From: Candidatus Woesearchaeota archaeon CG_4_10_14_0_2_um_filter_33_13
Lineage (GTDB): Archaea; Nanobdellota; Nanobdellia; Woesearchaeales; GW2011-AR9
Reading direction: 5' to 3'
DNA: 58,941 nucleotides
NCBI GenBank assembly: GCA_002792115.1
Contig: PFNQ01000028.1
Coordinates: 1-58,941, forward strand
The notes under the pieces are model-generated. The model was not told the DNA's origin and did no database searches. It saw only the letters and a list, made by a program, of their open reading frames with translations. This document shows positions 1 through 8,773 of this stretch, in pieces. Positions within the stretch are counted from its first letter, which is position 1. Each line of letters begins with the position of its first letter. Made by a program: the position numbers and the translations under genes.

Positions 1-263
1 CAATTATAAAGTTCACAATTCGCTACAATCATTCCTTGTTCTTGGAGAGGTTGTGAAACGAAAGAAACCACTGAATGTAATGTGTGGCCAATCAAACAGT
101 TAGATTTTAGAGATGGAATATCCTTTAGTAATTTAAAATGTTCAATTTTCTTTCCATCACCAACACCAAACCCATCTTTGCCTCGATTCAGCAACATAGC
201 TAAGGCTAAGTCCATTTTCTTTTGTGCATCTGTGCAATTAAAAAATCCTACTATGCCACACAT
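1..263 (-). CDS. Class II (Ntn) glutamine amidotransferase N-terminal fragment, asparagine synthase-like; truncated by window edge
   Basis: Reverse-strand translation from ATG at 261-263 reads MCGIVGFFNCTDAQKKMDLALAMLLNRGKDGFGVGDGKKIEHF...LIGHTLHSVVSFVSQPLQEQGMIVANCELYN. The catalytic Cys directly after Met plus RG.DG and H..L......QP spacing are typical of AsnB/PurF-type GATases. Absent from the ORF track because it runs off the window. TATA-like TTTATAAAATA lies about 20-30 nt upstream (283-295). Confidence 0.6.
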   Translation of the reverse strand, partial: MCGIVGFFNCTDAQKKMDLALAMLLNRGKDGFGVGDGKKIEHFKLLKDIPSLKSNCLIGHTLHSVVSFVSQPLQEQGMIVANCELYN

Positions 264-462
264 GAACCTCTTCTACAAAAGTTATTTTATAAAGGTTTAG
301 ATAGAAAAGTTTAAAAAAGATTCTTTGAAAATGATTTTACAAAATTGTTCAAGCTTGCAGAGTGAGACTGCCGGAGGGGAGGTTGTATCGAAGAACTAAA
401 ATTGGATTTAGGTTGGAAGATAAAGAAACCACTATTTCTATAGTTCCTTTTAAGACGCGCAT

Positions 463-1560
463 TTATTTCAAATGTATTTCCAAGATATCCTGATCTTGAA
501 GAACGTGTGTTAACATTAATTTCTGACCTGGAAATTTAGTAGATTTGCCCCACACTCTAGCAAAGCGAAATCTTCCCTTAAAATCACGGTGTAATTTATC
601 ACAAACATCCTTGATGGTGCTACCGGTTTGTATAATCATTGGATCTTTAGTATCTGCATCTTTTCTCGGCTCTTTCATGAATATCCTCATAAAATCCATC
701 TTTTGAAAGATCATTTCTTTTAACAGATCCATATTAACATCTAACTCTGCGGAAACAACAATGTCTGCATTTAATTCGGCTTTCACTTTATCAACAGTAG
801 CAACATCTGCAAGATCGGCTTTTGTGATACAAATAATTGCAGGCAAATACTTTTTATTACCTTCAATACAATCGATAAAATCATCCACATCTATCGGACT
901 ACGAATTAAAACATCCGCACTAGCAACTTTAAACTCACGTAAAATATTTTTTAAAGTGTTATCATCAACAGCAAGGGGCACGGTTTTTCCCACTTGAATG
1001 CCTCCTTTAGAAGTTTTTTTGATAAAGACCTCTGGTTTTTTCTTATTTAAACGAATATTAGAATCTATTACTTCCCTCATAATTGCAGGATAATGTTCAG
1101 GATGATTAACGTCAATAACCATCAAAACTAAATCTGCGTTCCTAACAACAGCTAAAACTTCTCTTCCTCGCCCAGTGCCAGCTGCAGCTCCACTAACAAT
1201 ACCTGGAACATCTAGAATTTGAATCTTTGCCTGTTTATAATTCAACATTCCTGGAATTACTGTTAGCGTTGTAAAGGCATAAGCACCAACTTCTGAACTT
1301 GCCCCAGTTATTTTGTTTAATAGAGTAGATTTACCTGCAGAGGGAAAGCCCAACAACAAAACAGTACCATCTCCAGATTTCTTTACAGAATATCCGTACT
1401 CTGATCTTCCCGTCTTTTTTTGTGTCCGTTGATCTTGCTTATCCCTTAATTGCGCAATCTTCGCTTTGACTATACCAATGTGACCCTGAGTAGCTTTATT
1501 GTATTTTGTCTTTTTAAGTTCGTCCTCAAATTCTTTAATTTTTTTGTTATAATCAACCAT
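463..1560 (-). CDS. DRG/Rbg-type Obg-family GTPase with C-terminal TGS domain
   Basis: 365 aa. N-terminal TKYNKATQGHIGIVKAKIAQLR (DRG signature), G1 GFPSAGKSTLLN, G3 DVPG, G4 TKAD, and a C-terminal TGS-like segment (IIQTGSTIKDVCDKLHRDF...ARVWG). Confidence 0.88.
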   Translation of the reverse strand: MVDYNKKIKEFEDELKKTKYNKATQGHIGIVKAKIAQLRDKQDQRTQKKTGRSEYGYSVKKSGDGTVLLLGFPSAGKSTLLNKITGASSEVGAYAFTTLTVIPGMLNYKQAKIQILDVPGIVSGAAAGTGRGREVLAVVRNADLVLMVIDVNHPEHYPAIMREVIDSNIRLNKKKPEVFIKKTSKGGIQVGKTVPLAVDDNTLKNILREFKVASADVLIRSPIDVDDFIDCIEGNKKYLPAIICITKADLADVATVDKVKAELNADIVVSAELDVNMDLLKEMIFQKMDFMRIFMKEPRKDADTKDPMIIQTGSTIKDVCDKLHRDFKGRFRFARVWGKSTKFPGQKLMLTHVLQDQDILEIHLK

Positions 1561-1667
1561 TTCTAGTACTCATAAATATTGTTAAGAGTTATTAAACTTG
1601 CTTTCGATGGCTGGGTTTATATATTTTTTCGCAATTTTTATAAAGCAAGTGAAGGAATGATACATTA

Positions 1668-2219
1668 ATGGTTAATGAAACAATAGTTCAAGAAGCAGTA
1701 AACACTGCTTCGTCTTACTTTACAAACATTGCAATTGGAATTGCTATACTACTTATTGGATTTGGAATTGGCATCTTAATTAAGAAACTTGTTCAAAGAT
1801 TACTTGCTGAAATTGAATTAAACAAAATCATGGTTCGGATTGGAATCACCTATGATTTAGAAACAGTAATTAGTTCTAGTATGATGTACTTAATTTATTT
1901 GGCAACAGTAATTGTTTTTTTAGACCATTTCAATATTGGTTCAATCGTACTTTATTTGGTTTTAGGGGCCCTTTTGATGTTAGGCATACTAACTATGATT
2001 GTAGGATTAAAAGATGTTATCCCTAACTTTGTAGGATGGATATATATCCAAAGACACAACAAGATTAAAGAAGGGCATAAAATTGAGGTTAAAGAAATAA
2101 GTGGAATTATTGAAAAGATAGGTTATTTAGAGACGGAAATAAAAACTGAAAGAAATGATATTTTGTACGTGCCCAACTCTTTATTTCTTAAATCAAAATT
2201 TCGCCTTAAGAAAAATTAG
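1668..2219 (+). CDS. Small MscS-like mechanosensitive channel family membrane protein
   Basis: 183 aa with about 4 hydrophobic helices. These are followed by an MscS beta-domain-like motif KEGHKIEVKEISGIIEKIGYLETEIKTERNDILYVPNSLF (G.V..I....T.l...d...v.iPNs). It lacks the usual C-terminal domain. Confidence 0.5.
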   Translation: MVNETIVQEAVNTASSYFTNIAIGIAILLIGFGIGILIKKLVQRLLAEIELNKIMVRIGITYDLETVISSSMMYLIYLATVIVFLDHFNIGSIVLYLVLGALLMLGILTMIVGLKDVIPNFVGWIYIQRHNKIKEGHKIEVKEISGIIEKIGYLETEIKTERNDILYVPNSLFLKSKFRLKKN

Positions 2220-2243
2220 AAAAAACATTCAATAAATAATTAT

Positions 2244-2570
2244 TTATTCTTCACTGTTTTTGTTTTTTAGTTCTTCCATGACTTCTCTTTGTAAATCGTT
2301 AACTTGTTTTTGTAATCTTTCTTCCTGTTGAGCAAAATTTTTTATTCTTAATTCCACAATTTCTCTTTTTTCTTCTAATTGTTTAGTTAACTCTTCTTTA
2401 GAAGCAGCCAGCATAATTTTTCCCACAATCCGATATGCTTGCTTAGTTGTCTTTAACTCGATTAATGCAGAATCTAATTCTAAAACCTGATTTTGCATTT
2501 GTTGCTTTTGGTTTAATAGGTTCTGCACATTTTGTTGAAGAAGTTGCAATTGGTTTATTTTTGTAGACAT
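2244..2570 (-). CDS. pfdB: Prefoldin beta subunit
   Basis: 108 aa with two heptad coiled coils flanking a central YRIVGKIMLAASKEE hairpin. Sits in the conserved archaeal neighbourhood eL43-RpoP-prefoldin beta. Confidence 0.72.
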   Translation of the reverse strand: MSTKINQLQLLQQNVQNLLNQKQQMQNQVLELDSALIELKTTKQAYRIVGKIMLAASKEELTKQLEEKREIVELRIKNFAQQEERLQKQVNDLQREVMEELKNKNSEE

Positions 2571-2577
2571 CTTCTCT

Positions 2578-2712
2578 TTACTTTGCCTTAATCTTAACTA
2601 CTGAACGGCGATCTTTGTAAAGAACTTTACCACCACAATAAGGGCACCTAATCTTAGCAGCTAAATATTCATCTTCTACTTTCTTTCCGCAATCGAAACA
2701 GACATAATACAT
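2578..2712 (-). CDS. rpoP: DNA-directed RNA polymerase subunit P (Rpo12/RpoP)
   Basis: 44-codon ORF below the ORF-track cutoff: MYYVCFDCGKKVEDEYLAAKIRCPYCGGKVLYKDRRSVVKIKAK. A CxxC...CxxC zinc ribbon with a basic tail, lying between eL43 and prefoldin beta as in many archaea. Confidence 0.7.
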   Translation of the reverse strand: MYYVCFDCGKKVEDEYLAAKIRCPYCGGKVLYKDRRSVVKIKAK

Positions 2713-2724
2713 TTTTAAGACCTC

Positions 2725-2916
2725 TTAGATGGTATAAGCTTTACCAGCAAATTTTGCGTTGCATTTAGGACAATTCCAAATACCAGCAGCTAACCTTTTA
2801 ACACCTAGCTTGTTACAATAAGGACATTTGTGTTTTTTCTTTAGTTCTACTTCTACTCTTTTAAGCTTGCTTTTGGGCTTACGCCCATACCGTGGACCAA
2901 ATCTTGTTGTTGGCAT
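2725..2916 (-). CDS. rpl37ae: Ribosomal protein eL43 (L37Ae)
   Basis: 63 aa, GPRYGRK...CPYC...KRLAAGIWNCPKCNAKFAGKAYT; the zinc ribbon and GIW.C motif are typical of eL43. Confidence 0.9.
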   Translation of the reverse strand: MPTTRFGPRYGRKPKSKLKRVEVELKKKHKCPYCNKLGVKRLAAGIWNCPKCNAKFAGKAYTI

Positions 2917-2939
2917 ATGATATTCCTCCTCAATATGAA

Positions 2940-3070
2940 TGGGGCTGCCCGGATTTTCGATGATATATTCGAACCGGGGTTCAATGGTCCCAAACCATTA
3001 GTGATAGATTACTCCTAAGAGCGACCCAAAATTCCTGGATTCTACTTAGACCAAGCTACACTACAGCCCC
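2940..3070 (-). tRNA. tRNA-Pro (anticodon UGG) with two putative non-canonical introns (D-arm about 42 nt, T-loop about 14 nt)
   Basis: Reverse complement reads GGGGCTG TA GTGT AGCTTGGTCTA [42-nt insert] TCAC T AATGG TTTGGGA CCATT GAAC CCCGG TTCGAAT [14-nt insert] CCGGG CAGCCCC A. This gives a 7-bp acceptor stem, a 5-bp anticodon stem with a 7-nt loop (UGG), and a 5-bp T stem with a TTCGAAT loop. Removing the inserts leaves 75 nt. Inserts lie at about 3005-3046 and 2953-2966, with boundaries uncertain by a few nt. CCA is not encoded. Confidence 0.72.
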
Positions 3071-3182
3071 AAAGGTATATTTATAAATGTTTCCAGAGGA
3101 AACAACAAAAACTTTTAGTTTTTGATTGTTATGCTGAAAAGGTAGTTATTTTAAAAGCTTTCGGAAATTTTGCTTGTTTTAC

Positions 3183-4271
3183 TTAACGAGGCAAAATTAT
3201 CAACTCTTTTGGTGACTTTGTTAAAGCTACAACTTTTTTATTAAAAACCACCGTATCTTCTATCCTTATTCCAAATTTGTTATAAAAATAAATACCTGGT
3301 TCTATAGTAAACACCTGGTTTTGTTTAATTTGTTGTTTAGATTCCATTAAAAAGTTTGGTCGCTCATGTATTTCTATTCCTACCCCGTGTCCCAAAGAAT
3401 GAATAAAATTGGAAGAATACTGCCCAAGTTTTTTTCTTACTTCAATGTCTAAATCTCCAAAAAGTAACCCCTCTTTTGCAGAACTAAAAGCAGATTTTTG
3501 AGCCTCAAGTAAAATATTATAAATTTTCTTCTCTTCTTTAGTGGGAATCCCTAAAAATATTGTACGACTCAAATCAGAACAATAATTATCAATTTTTGCA
3601 CCTAAATCAAAAAGTAGAAACCCTCGTTGAAGTTTATCTTTCCCCGTTACATAATGAGGCACGGCAGCATTTTTCCCTCCAGCAACAATTGTAGGAAATG
3701 ACGGTTCAGCACCCTTGCTTCTAATAAAGGCCTCAATATACGTTGCCACTTCTTTTTCAGTATGTAATTTCTTTAAAGAGATCTGCTTTATCGCTCCCTG
3801 AAATGCGTTGTCCGCAATAACACAAGCCTTTTTGATCGCCTTTATCTCATCCCTGGTTTTTATTTCTCTGGTTTCACCTAATTCTTTCGAGAGATCTATA
3901 AATTTGGCTTTAGGAAAAAAGCTTTTAATTTTTTTAAACACACTAACAGTAACGGAAGAATAATTCAAACCAACAACTTTGACACTTTTGGGCAATTTTT
4001 TATTCCAATCTTTTGTTAATTCTTTAACAATAATCCCTTTTATTTTTGGTAATTGATCCAATTTAGTAGTAAATAGTTGAACGTTACTTTGTTTTATCAA
4101 CAATAAAGAGTATGACCATTCTTTCTTTGTAAAGTAGGTAACATATGGGTCTGGATGAACTAAAAAAGCTAAATCTATTCTTTTCTTTTTTAATATTGAT
4201 TGAAAATAACTTGTCCTCATTGATTCAAGGATAACTTCTACGTTTAAAAAACCTTTCTCATATCTCCGCAA
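3183..4271 (-). CDS. M24 family Xaa-Pro peptidase (prolidase/aminopeptidase P-like)
   Basis: 362 aa. Pita-bread metal ligand pattern: VPHYV, LLFDLGAKIDNYCSDLSRT, HSLGHGVGIEIHE, FTIEPGIY, IRIED. Confidence 0.85.
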   Translation of the reverse strand: MRRYEKGFLNVEVILESMRTSYFQSILKKKRIDLAFLVHPDPYVTYFTKKEWSYSLLLIKQSNVQLFTTKLDQLPKIKGIIVKELTKDWNKKLPKSVKVVGLNYSSVTVSVFKKIKSFFPKAKFIDLSKELGETREIKTRDEIKAIKKACVIADNAFQGAIKQISLKKLHTEKEVATYIEAFIRSKGAEPSFPTIVAGGKNAAVPHYVTGKDKLQRGFLLFDLGAKIDNYCSDLSRTIFLGIPTKEEKKIYNILLEAQKSAFSSAKEGLLFGDLDIEVRKKLGQYSSNFIHSLGHGVGIEIHERPNFLMESKQQIKQNQVFTIEPGIYFYNKFGIRIEDTVVFNKKVVALTKSPKELIILPR

Positions 4272-4318
4272 GAAGGCATAACCATAAGCATTATAAACCT
4301 CAAAATATTACTTTTATT

Positions 4319-5521
4319 ATGCAAAAAGAGGTTTTAAATAATGGATTGACTGTGTTGTATCAACATAAGCCAGGGAATTCAGTAGTTATTGAAGTTATGG
4401 TGGCTTCTGGTAGTAATAATGAAGCCAAAAATGAGAAAGGAATTTCTCATTTCATTGAACACATGCTCTTTGAAGGAACAGAAAAAAGACCTACAAATTT
4501 GTTAATTTCCAATGAGATTGAAAAAATTGGTGGAGAATTCAATGCTTACACTACCAATGAACGAACGTGTTATTACATTAAAGTCTTAAAAAAACATTTT
4601 TTAACTGCTGTGGATGTTTTATCTGACATAATTCTTAATCCTTCATTTAAAGATAAAGACCTCAAAAGAGAAAAGGGCATAGTCCTAAAAGAAATTGATC
4701 TTGTAAATGACGAACCACGCTTCTATCAATGGGATTTACTACAAAAAAATATGTTTGTTAATCACCCCGCCAAAAATCCAGTTTATGGAGACAAGAAGGT
4801 CATTAAAAACCTTAGTAGAGAACAAGTGTTAGAATACTTTAACCGCCATTATGTGGCAAAAAATATGGTCCTGTCCATTGTAGGTGATATTAAAGAATGG
4901 AAAAAAGAAATCCGTAAGAAGTTTGCAAAACTACCTTCTGGGAAGACCCTCCCAATTAAAGTGATTGAGCCGGAATCAAGAACCAATAAATCCTGCAAAA
5001 TTAAAAAGAAAATAGTTAATACTTACTTGATCTTAGGATTTAAAACAGTACCTAGAACCCATCCTCATAGTTATGTCCTAGAAGTAATTAATAGTATCTT
5101 AGGACGCGGACAAAGTGGAAGGATGTTTACAGAAATTAGAGCAAAAAAAGGATTAGCGTATGACGTTGGAACCCAAAACATTAATGAAATTACCTTTGGT
5201 TATTTTGCCGCATATGCTACAATTGAGAAAAGTAAAATTGATCAAGTTAAAAGATTAATCTTCCAAGAAATAGAAAAGTTAAAAGATTTGCAGGAACAGG
5301 ACTTAAAAGAAGCTAAAGACTACTTAGAAGGTAGTTACCTTTTAGATTTGGAAGATGGTCAAAAAGTTGCAGACCAAATTCTCTTTTGGGAACAAGCAAA
5401 ACAAGCTAATGAAATTAGAACATATTTACAAAGAATAAAACTTGTAACTATAAATGATATCAAAACAGTCATAAACAAATATTTTCAACATCATGTGTTT
5501 GTCTTAGTAGAAGGAAAATAA
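4319..5521 (+). CDS. M16 (pitrilysin/insulinase) family zinc peptidase
   Basis: 400 aa with the inverted zinc motif HFIEHMLFEGT (HxxEH) near the N-terminus and the two-domain M16 length. Confidence 0.85.
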   Translation: MQKEVLNNGLTVLYQHKPGNSVVIEVMVASGSNNEAKNEKGISHFIEHMLFEGTEKRPTNLLISNEIEKIGGEFNAYTTNERTCYYIKVLKKHFLTAVDVLSDIILNPSFKDKDLKREKGIVLKEIDLVNDEPRFYQWDLLQKNMFVNHPAKNPVYGDKKVIKNLSREQVLEYFNRHYVAKNMVLSIVGDIKEWKKEIRKKFAKLPSGKTLPIKVIEPESRTNKSCKIKKKIVNTYLILGFKTVPRTHPHSYVLEVINSILGRGQSGRMFTEIRAKKGLAYDVGTQNINEITFGYFAAYATIEKSKIDQVKRLIFQEIEKLKDLQEQDLKEAKDYLEGSYLLDLEDGQKVADQILFWEQAKQANEIRTYLQRIKLVTINDIKTVINKYFQHHVFVLVEGK

Positions 5522-5557
5522 ATTTACGTGCCTGATTTTAATTAATTTACCAATTAG

Positions 5558-6595
5558 TTAGGGGTACGCTTCTTGATATAATTTTTTATTCTGCTCAATT
5601 TTTTTCCTTAGTGGAGAGATAAATTTGATTAATTCATCACTAACACCTTGTTTTAAATCAACAGAAGCAAGACTTTTATTGGAAAATGCAGATTCTACTT
5701 CTGCATAAGTCTTAAAAGAGATTCTCCCCCCATATTTCTCTGGTCTTTCAATTACAAAAGAACGCTTTTCCAGCTCAATTTTCTTAAAAATAACATATCT
5801 TAACAAAGATAATAATCCATTATTCTCAATTTGCCCATCAATTGAAAATGCTTTGTTGATCTTCTTCTTAATTTGATCATCAGAATCATCTAAATCAATC
5901 TTTGAATTTGGCTCAGAAGAACTCATTTTCCCATTTTCCCCCAGCCCTGGAATCAGGGGATTCATCAAATGTATTCTCTTTTCATAACCAATTTTTGGCA
6001 AAAATTCTCTGGCAAACATAAAGATTTTTCTTTGGTCTACTCCCCCAAATTGTGCATCTACTTTAAGATGCTCCTCATCAAGAGCTTGAAGAATGGGATA
6101 CAGCAGCCCACTCATCCTAGGATTATCAACTTGTTTAACGACTTCTGCTCCTGCTCTTTGAGCATCTTTGGATGTGGATAGTGCTGATAATTTATATACA
6201 TCTAGAGTATATTTTTCTTTAAGTTGAAATTCTGTTCCCCTAACAAATCTTAATTTATCTAATGGAACCTCAATCAAGTTTAACATTTCTTTAATAATGA
6301 ACTCGTAATACAATGTTCTTTTACTTAACAATTCCCAAGAACTTTTCATGTTATCCAAGTAAGCATGGATGTCTGCAAAAAGGATGGTAACGTGTGCTCC
6401 TGCCTTTAAAAAATCTGCAATCTTTAAAATCGGAACAAAATACCCCACATGTGGCTTGCCTGTAGGTGCGGTCCCCCAATAAATCTTTACTGCCCTTTTT
6501 TGAAGAATCTCCTTCAATTTTTCTTCCCCAACCACTTCTTGTAAGTTTTCTACAATAAGATTGTAATTTTGTTCTGGTTTCATATTAATTAGCAA
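5558..6595 (-). CDS. tyrS: Tyrosyl-tRNA synthetase (archaeal/eukaryal type)
   Basis: 345 aa. [14 protein letters not shown] (HIGH-equivalent), [26 protein letters not shown] (KMSKS-equivalent of archaeal/eukaryal TyrRS). Confidence 0.85.
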   Translation of the reverse strand: MLINMKPEQNYNLIVENLQEVVGEEKLKEILQKRAVKIYWGTAPTGKPHVGYFVPILKIADFLKAGAHVTILFADIHAYLDNMKSSWELLSKRTLYYEFIIKEMLNLIEVPLDKLRFVRGTEFQLKEKYTLDVYKLSALSTSKDAQRAGAEVVKQVDNPRMSGLLYPILQALDEEHLKVDAQFGGVDQRKIFMFAREFLPKIGYEKRIHLMNPLIPGLGENGKMSSSEPNSKIDLDDSDDQIKKKINKAFSIDGQIENNGLLSLLRYVIFKKIELEKRSFVIERPEKYGGRISFKTYAEVESAFSNKSLASVDLKQGVSDELIKFISPLRKKIEQNKKLYQEAYP

Positions 6596-6733
6596 AACCG
6601 GCCAATATAAATAATTAGCGGTATTTTACAATGATTTCGCAAACTCTTCCTTTCCTTAATGACTATGCTAAACCTACAACTAGGTAAATATTGTAGTAAA
6701 ATATAAATAGAAACAACACAATCATAAAATTAG

Positions 6734-7375
6734 GTGAAAAAAATGGTCAAAGCAATTCTATTTGATTTTTGGGGAACTTTAGTAGAAAACGGAGTTTGGA
6801 GTCCAATCAAACAAGTTCGAAACATTTTAGATTTAAAATTGCCCTTCCCTGAATATGTTGTGCGGATGGAACGTGCGATGATGACTACTGAGTTTAAAGA
6901 ACTAAAAGATGCATTTAATGCTGTTTATCAAGAGTTTAATACAAATGTAAATGAACAAAATATTGAAAAATTAGTGGGGTTATGGAATAAATCTTGGATG
7001 CTAGCAAAACCATACCCTAAAGTAACAGAAATGTTACATCAATTGAAAAGTAAATATAAGTTAATACTTGTTTCAAATTCTGATTGTATTTCTATTGAAA
7101 GAGTTTTGGATAAATTTGAATTACGAAATTTATTTGATAATATTTTTTTATCATATAAAGTAGGTTTAATTAAGACTGACAAGAACTTTTTCAAACACGT
7201 GTTAAGTGAGTTAGGATTGAATGTTGAAGATTGTATTATGGTTGGAGATAGCATACAAAGTGATGTTATGTCCGCTAAACGCATCGGAATGAAGGCTATT
7301 CTAATTGATAGGAAGAATAATCGTGATTTTCAGCCAAAAATAAAAGATTTACGAGAATTGGAGAACATAATTTAA
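6734..7375 (+). CDS. HAD superfamily hydrolase
   Basis: Motif I ILFDFWGTL, motif II VSNSD, motif IV VGDSIQSDV. An ATG at 6743 is a likelier start than GTG at 6734. Confidence 0.8.
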   Translation: MKKMVKAILFDFWGTLVENGVWSPIKQVRNILDLKLPFPEYVVRMERAMMTTEFKELKDAFNAVYQEFNTNVNEQNIEKLVGLWNKSWMLAKPYPKVTEMLHQLKSKYKLILVSNSDCISIERVLDKFELRNLFDNIFLSYKVGLIKTDKNFFKHVLSELGLNVEDCIMVGDSIQSDVMSAKRIGMKAILIDRKNNRDFQPKIKDLRELENII

Positions 7376-7382
7376 TGCAACA

Positions 7383-8273
7383 ATGGTAGAAATAATTTTC
7401 TTGGGAACCTCTTGTATGCAACCAACTAAAGATCGTAACCACTCTGGTTTTTTGTTAAAATACAAAACAGAAAATATACTTTTTGATTGTGGAGAAAATA
7501 TACAAAGACAAATGCGTATTGCTGGAGTTAAACCCGCTAAAATAACTCGTCTTTTGATTAGTCATTGGCATGGAGATCACGTTTTTGGTATCCCTGGATT
7601 GATGAGTAGTATGGGTGCCGACCAATTCGCTAAGAAATTATACATTTATGGACCAAAAGGAAGTGAAAAGTATCTCAAAAATATGTTTAACTCTTTTGCT
7701 GCAAAAGATATAATTGAATACGAAATTAAGGAAATCAATGAAGGAAAAATATTTGAAAACGATGAATTTATTTTAGAAGCACACCCATTAAATCATTCTG
7801 TGCCCTGTATAGGTTATAGTTTCATAGAAAAAGAACGATTGCGGATTAATGTGCCTAAAGCAGAAAAACTGGGTCTAGCTGGACCAATTCTTGGTCAATT
7901 GCAATCAGGAAAAGATGTAATATATAAAGGGAAAAAGATTAAATTTTTGGATCTCACTTACCCCGTCAAACATAAAAAGATCAGTTATATCGCTGACACC
8001 TTGCCTTGTGATGGAGCAAATCTTTTAGCTAAAGGCGCCGATCTTTTGATCTCTGAAGGAACACACCTTAGTGATTTGAGTGAAAAAACAGAAAAGTACA
8101 TGCACTTAACTATTAAAGATGCTGCCCTTATTGCTTCCGAAAATAATGCTAAAAAGTTGATCATTACCCATATTAGTACGCGATATAAAAGTACCGCAGA
8201 TATTGTTGCGGAAGCCAGAACTTATTTTGATGAGTCTATTGTTGCCGAAGACTTCCTGAAAATAAAGGTTTGA
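7383..8273 (+). CDS. rnz: Ribonuclease Z (tRNA 3' endonuclease, metallo-beta-lactamase fold)
   Basis: 296 aa. IIFLGTS...P...RN.S, ILFDCGENIQRQM, HWHGDH histidine motif, C-terminal ITHIS. Confidence 0.85.
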   Translation: MVEIIFLGTSCMQPTKDRNHSGFLLKYKTENILFDCGENIQRQMRIAGVKPAKITRLLISHWHGDHVFGIPGLMSSMGADQFAKKLYIYGPKGSEKYLKNMFNSFAAKDIIEYEIKEINEGKIFENDEFILEAHPLNHSVPCIGYSFIEKERLRINVPKAEKLGLAGPILGQLQSGKDVIYKGKKIKFLDLTYPVKHKKISYIADTLPCDGANLLAKGADLLISEGTHLSDLSEKTEKYMHLTIKDAALIASENNAKKLIITHISTRYKSTADIVAEARTYFDESIVAEDFLKIKV

Positions 8274-8311
8274 TTTAATTTCATTAACGTAATACTCTGA
8301 TTTTAAATGCT

Positions 8312-8725
8312 ATGAAAAATCACAAAGCAAAAGGAACGAAAGGAGAACGAGACTTAGTTAAGGCTTTTAATCTTGCAGGGTGGGGTGCAATTAGAATTGC
8401 GGGCTCTGGTTCTTCACGATATCCCTCTCCTGATATTCTTGCTGGAAACGCAATTAGACGACTAGCAATTGAGTGTAAAGTGACTAAAGAAGAAAAGAAA
8501 TATTTTCAAGATGATGAGATAGTACAATTAGACACTTTTTCAAAGAATTTTGGGGCAGAAGCATGGATTGGAGTAAAATTTCCTAACGACCCCTGGTTTT
8601 TTGTTATTTTAGAAGATTTAGTCAGAACTGGCAAGGGGTTTGTACTATCCTTAGAACAAGCTCAAAGAAAGGGCCTGAAGATAGAAGAATTACTTCAGTT
8701 GAGTAACGAAAACCGAAAGATTTAA
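8312..8725 (+). CDS. hjc: Holliday junction resolvase Hjc
   Basis: 137 aa. KGTKGERDLVKAF...GWGAIRIAGSGSS...PDILAG...AIECK matches the archaeal Hjc nuclease core (E..D...ExK). Confidence 0.85.
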   Translation: MKNHKAKGTKGERDLVKAFNLAGWGAIRIAGSGSSRYPSPDILAGNAIRRLAIECKVTKEEKKYFQDDEIVQLDTFSKNFGAEAWIGVKFPNDPWFFVILEDLVRTGKGFVLSLEQAQRKGLKIEELLQLSNENRKI

Positions 8726-8773
8726 AAGTGTCATCATACAATAAAAATAACAAACTCTTTATAAGGTCCAACC

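Noticed and set aside
82-300. 72-aa plus-strand ORF at the left edge
   Set aside because: It is the antisense shadow of a much better minus-strand reading (MCGIVGFF... class II amidotransferase N-terminus, 1-263). It has no motif and a low-complexity composition.
3079-3091. TTTATAAATA element considered as the tRNA-Pro promoter TATA box
   Set aside because: It ends only about 9 nt upstream of the mature 5' end. Archaeal TATA boxes are centred about 26 nt upstream of the start, so the spacing does not fit and its role is left open.
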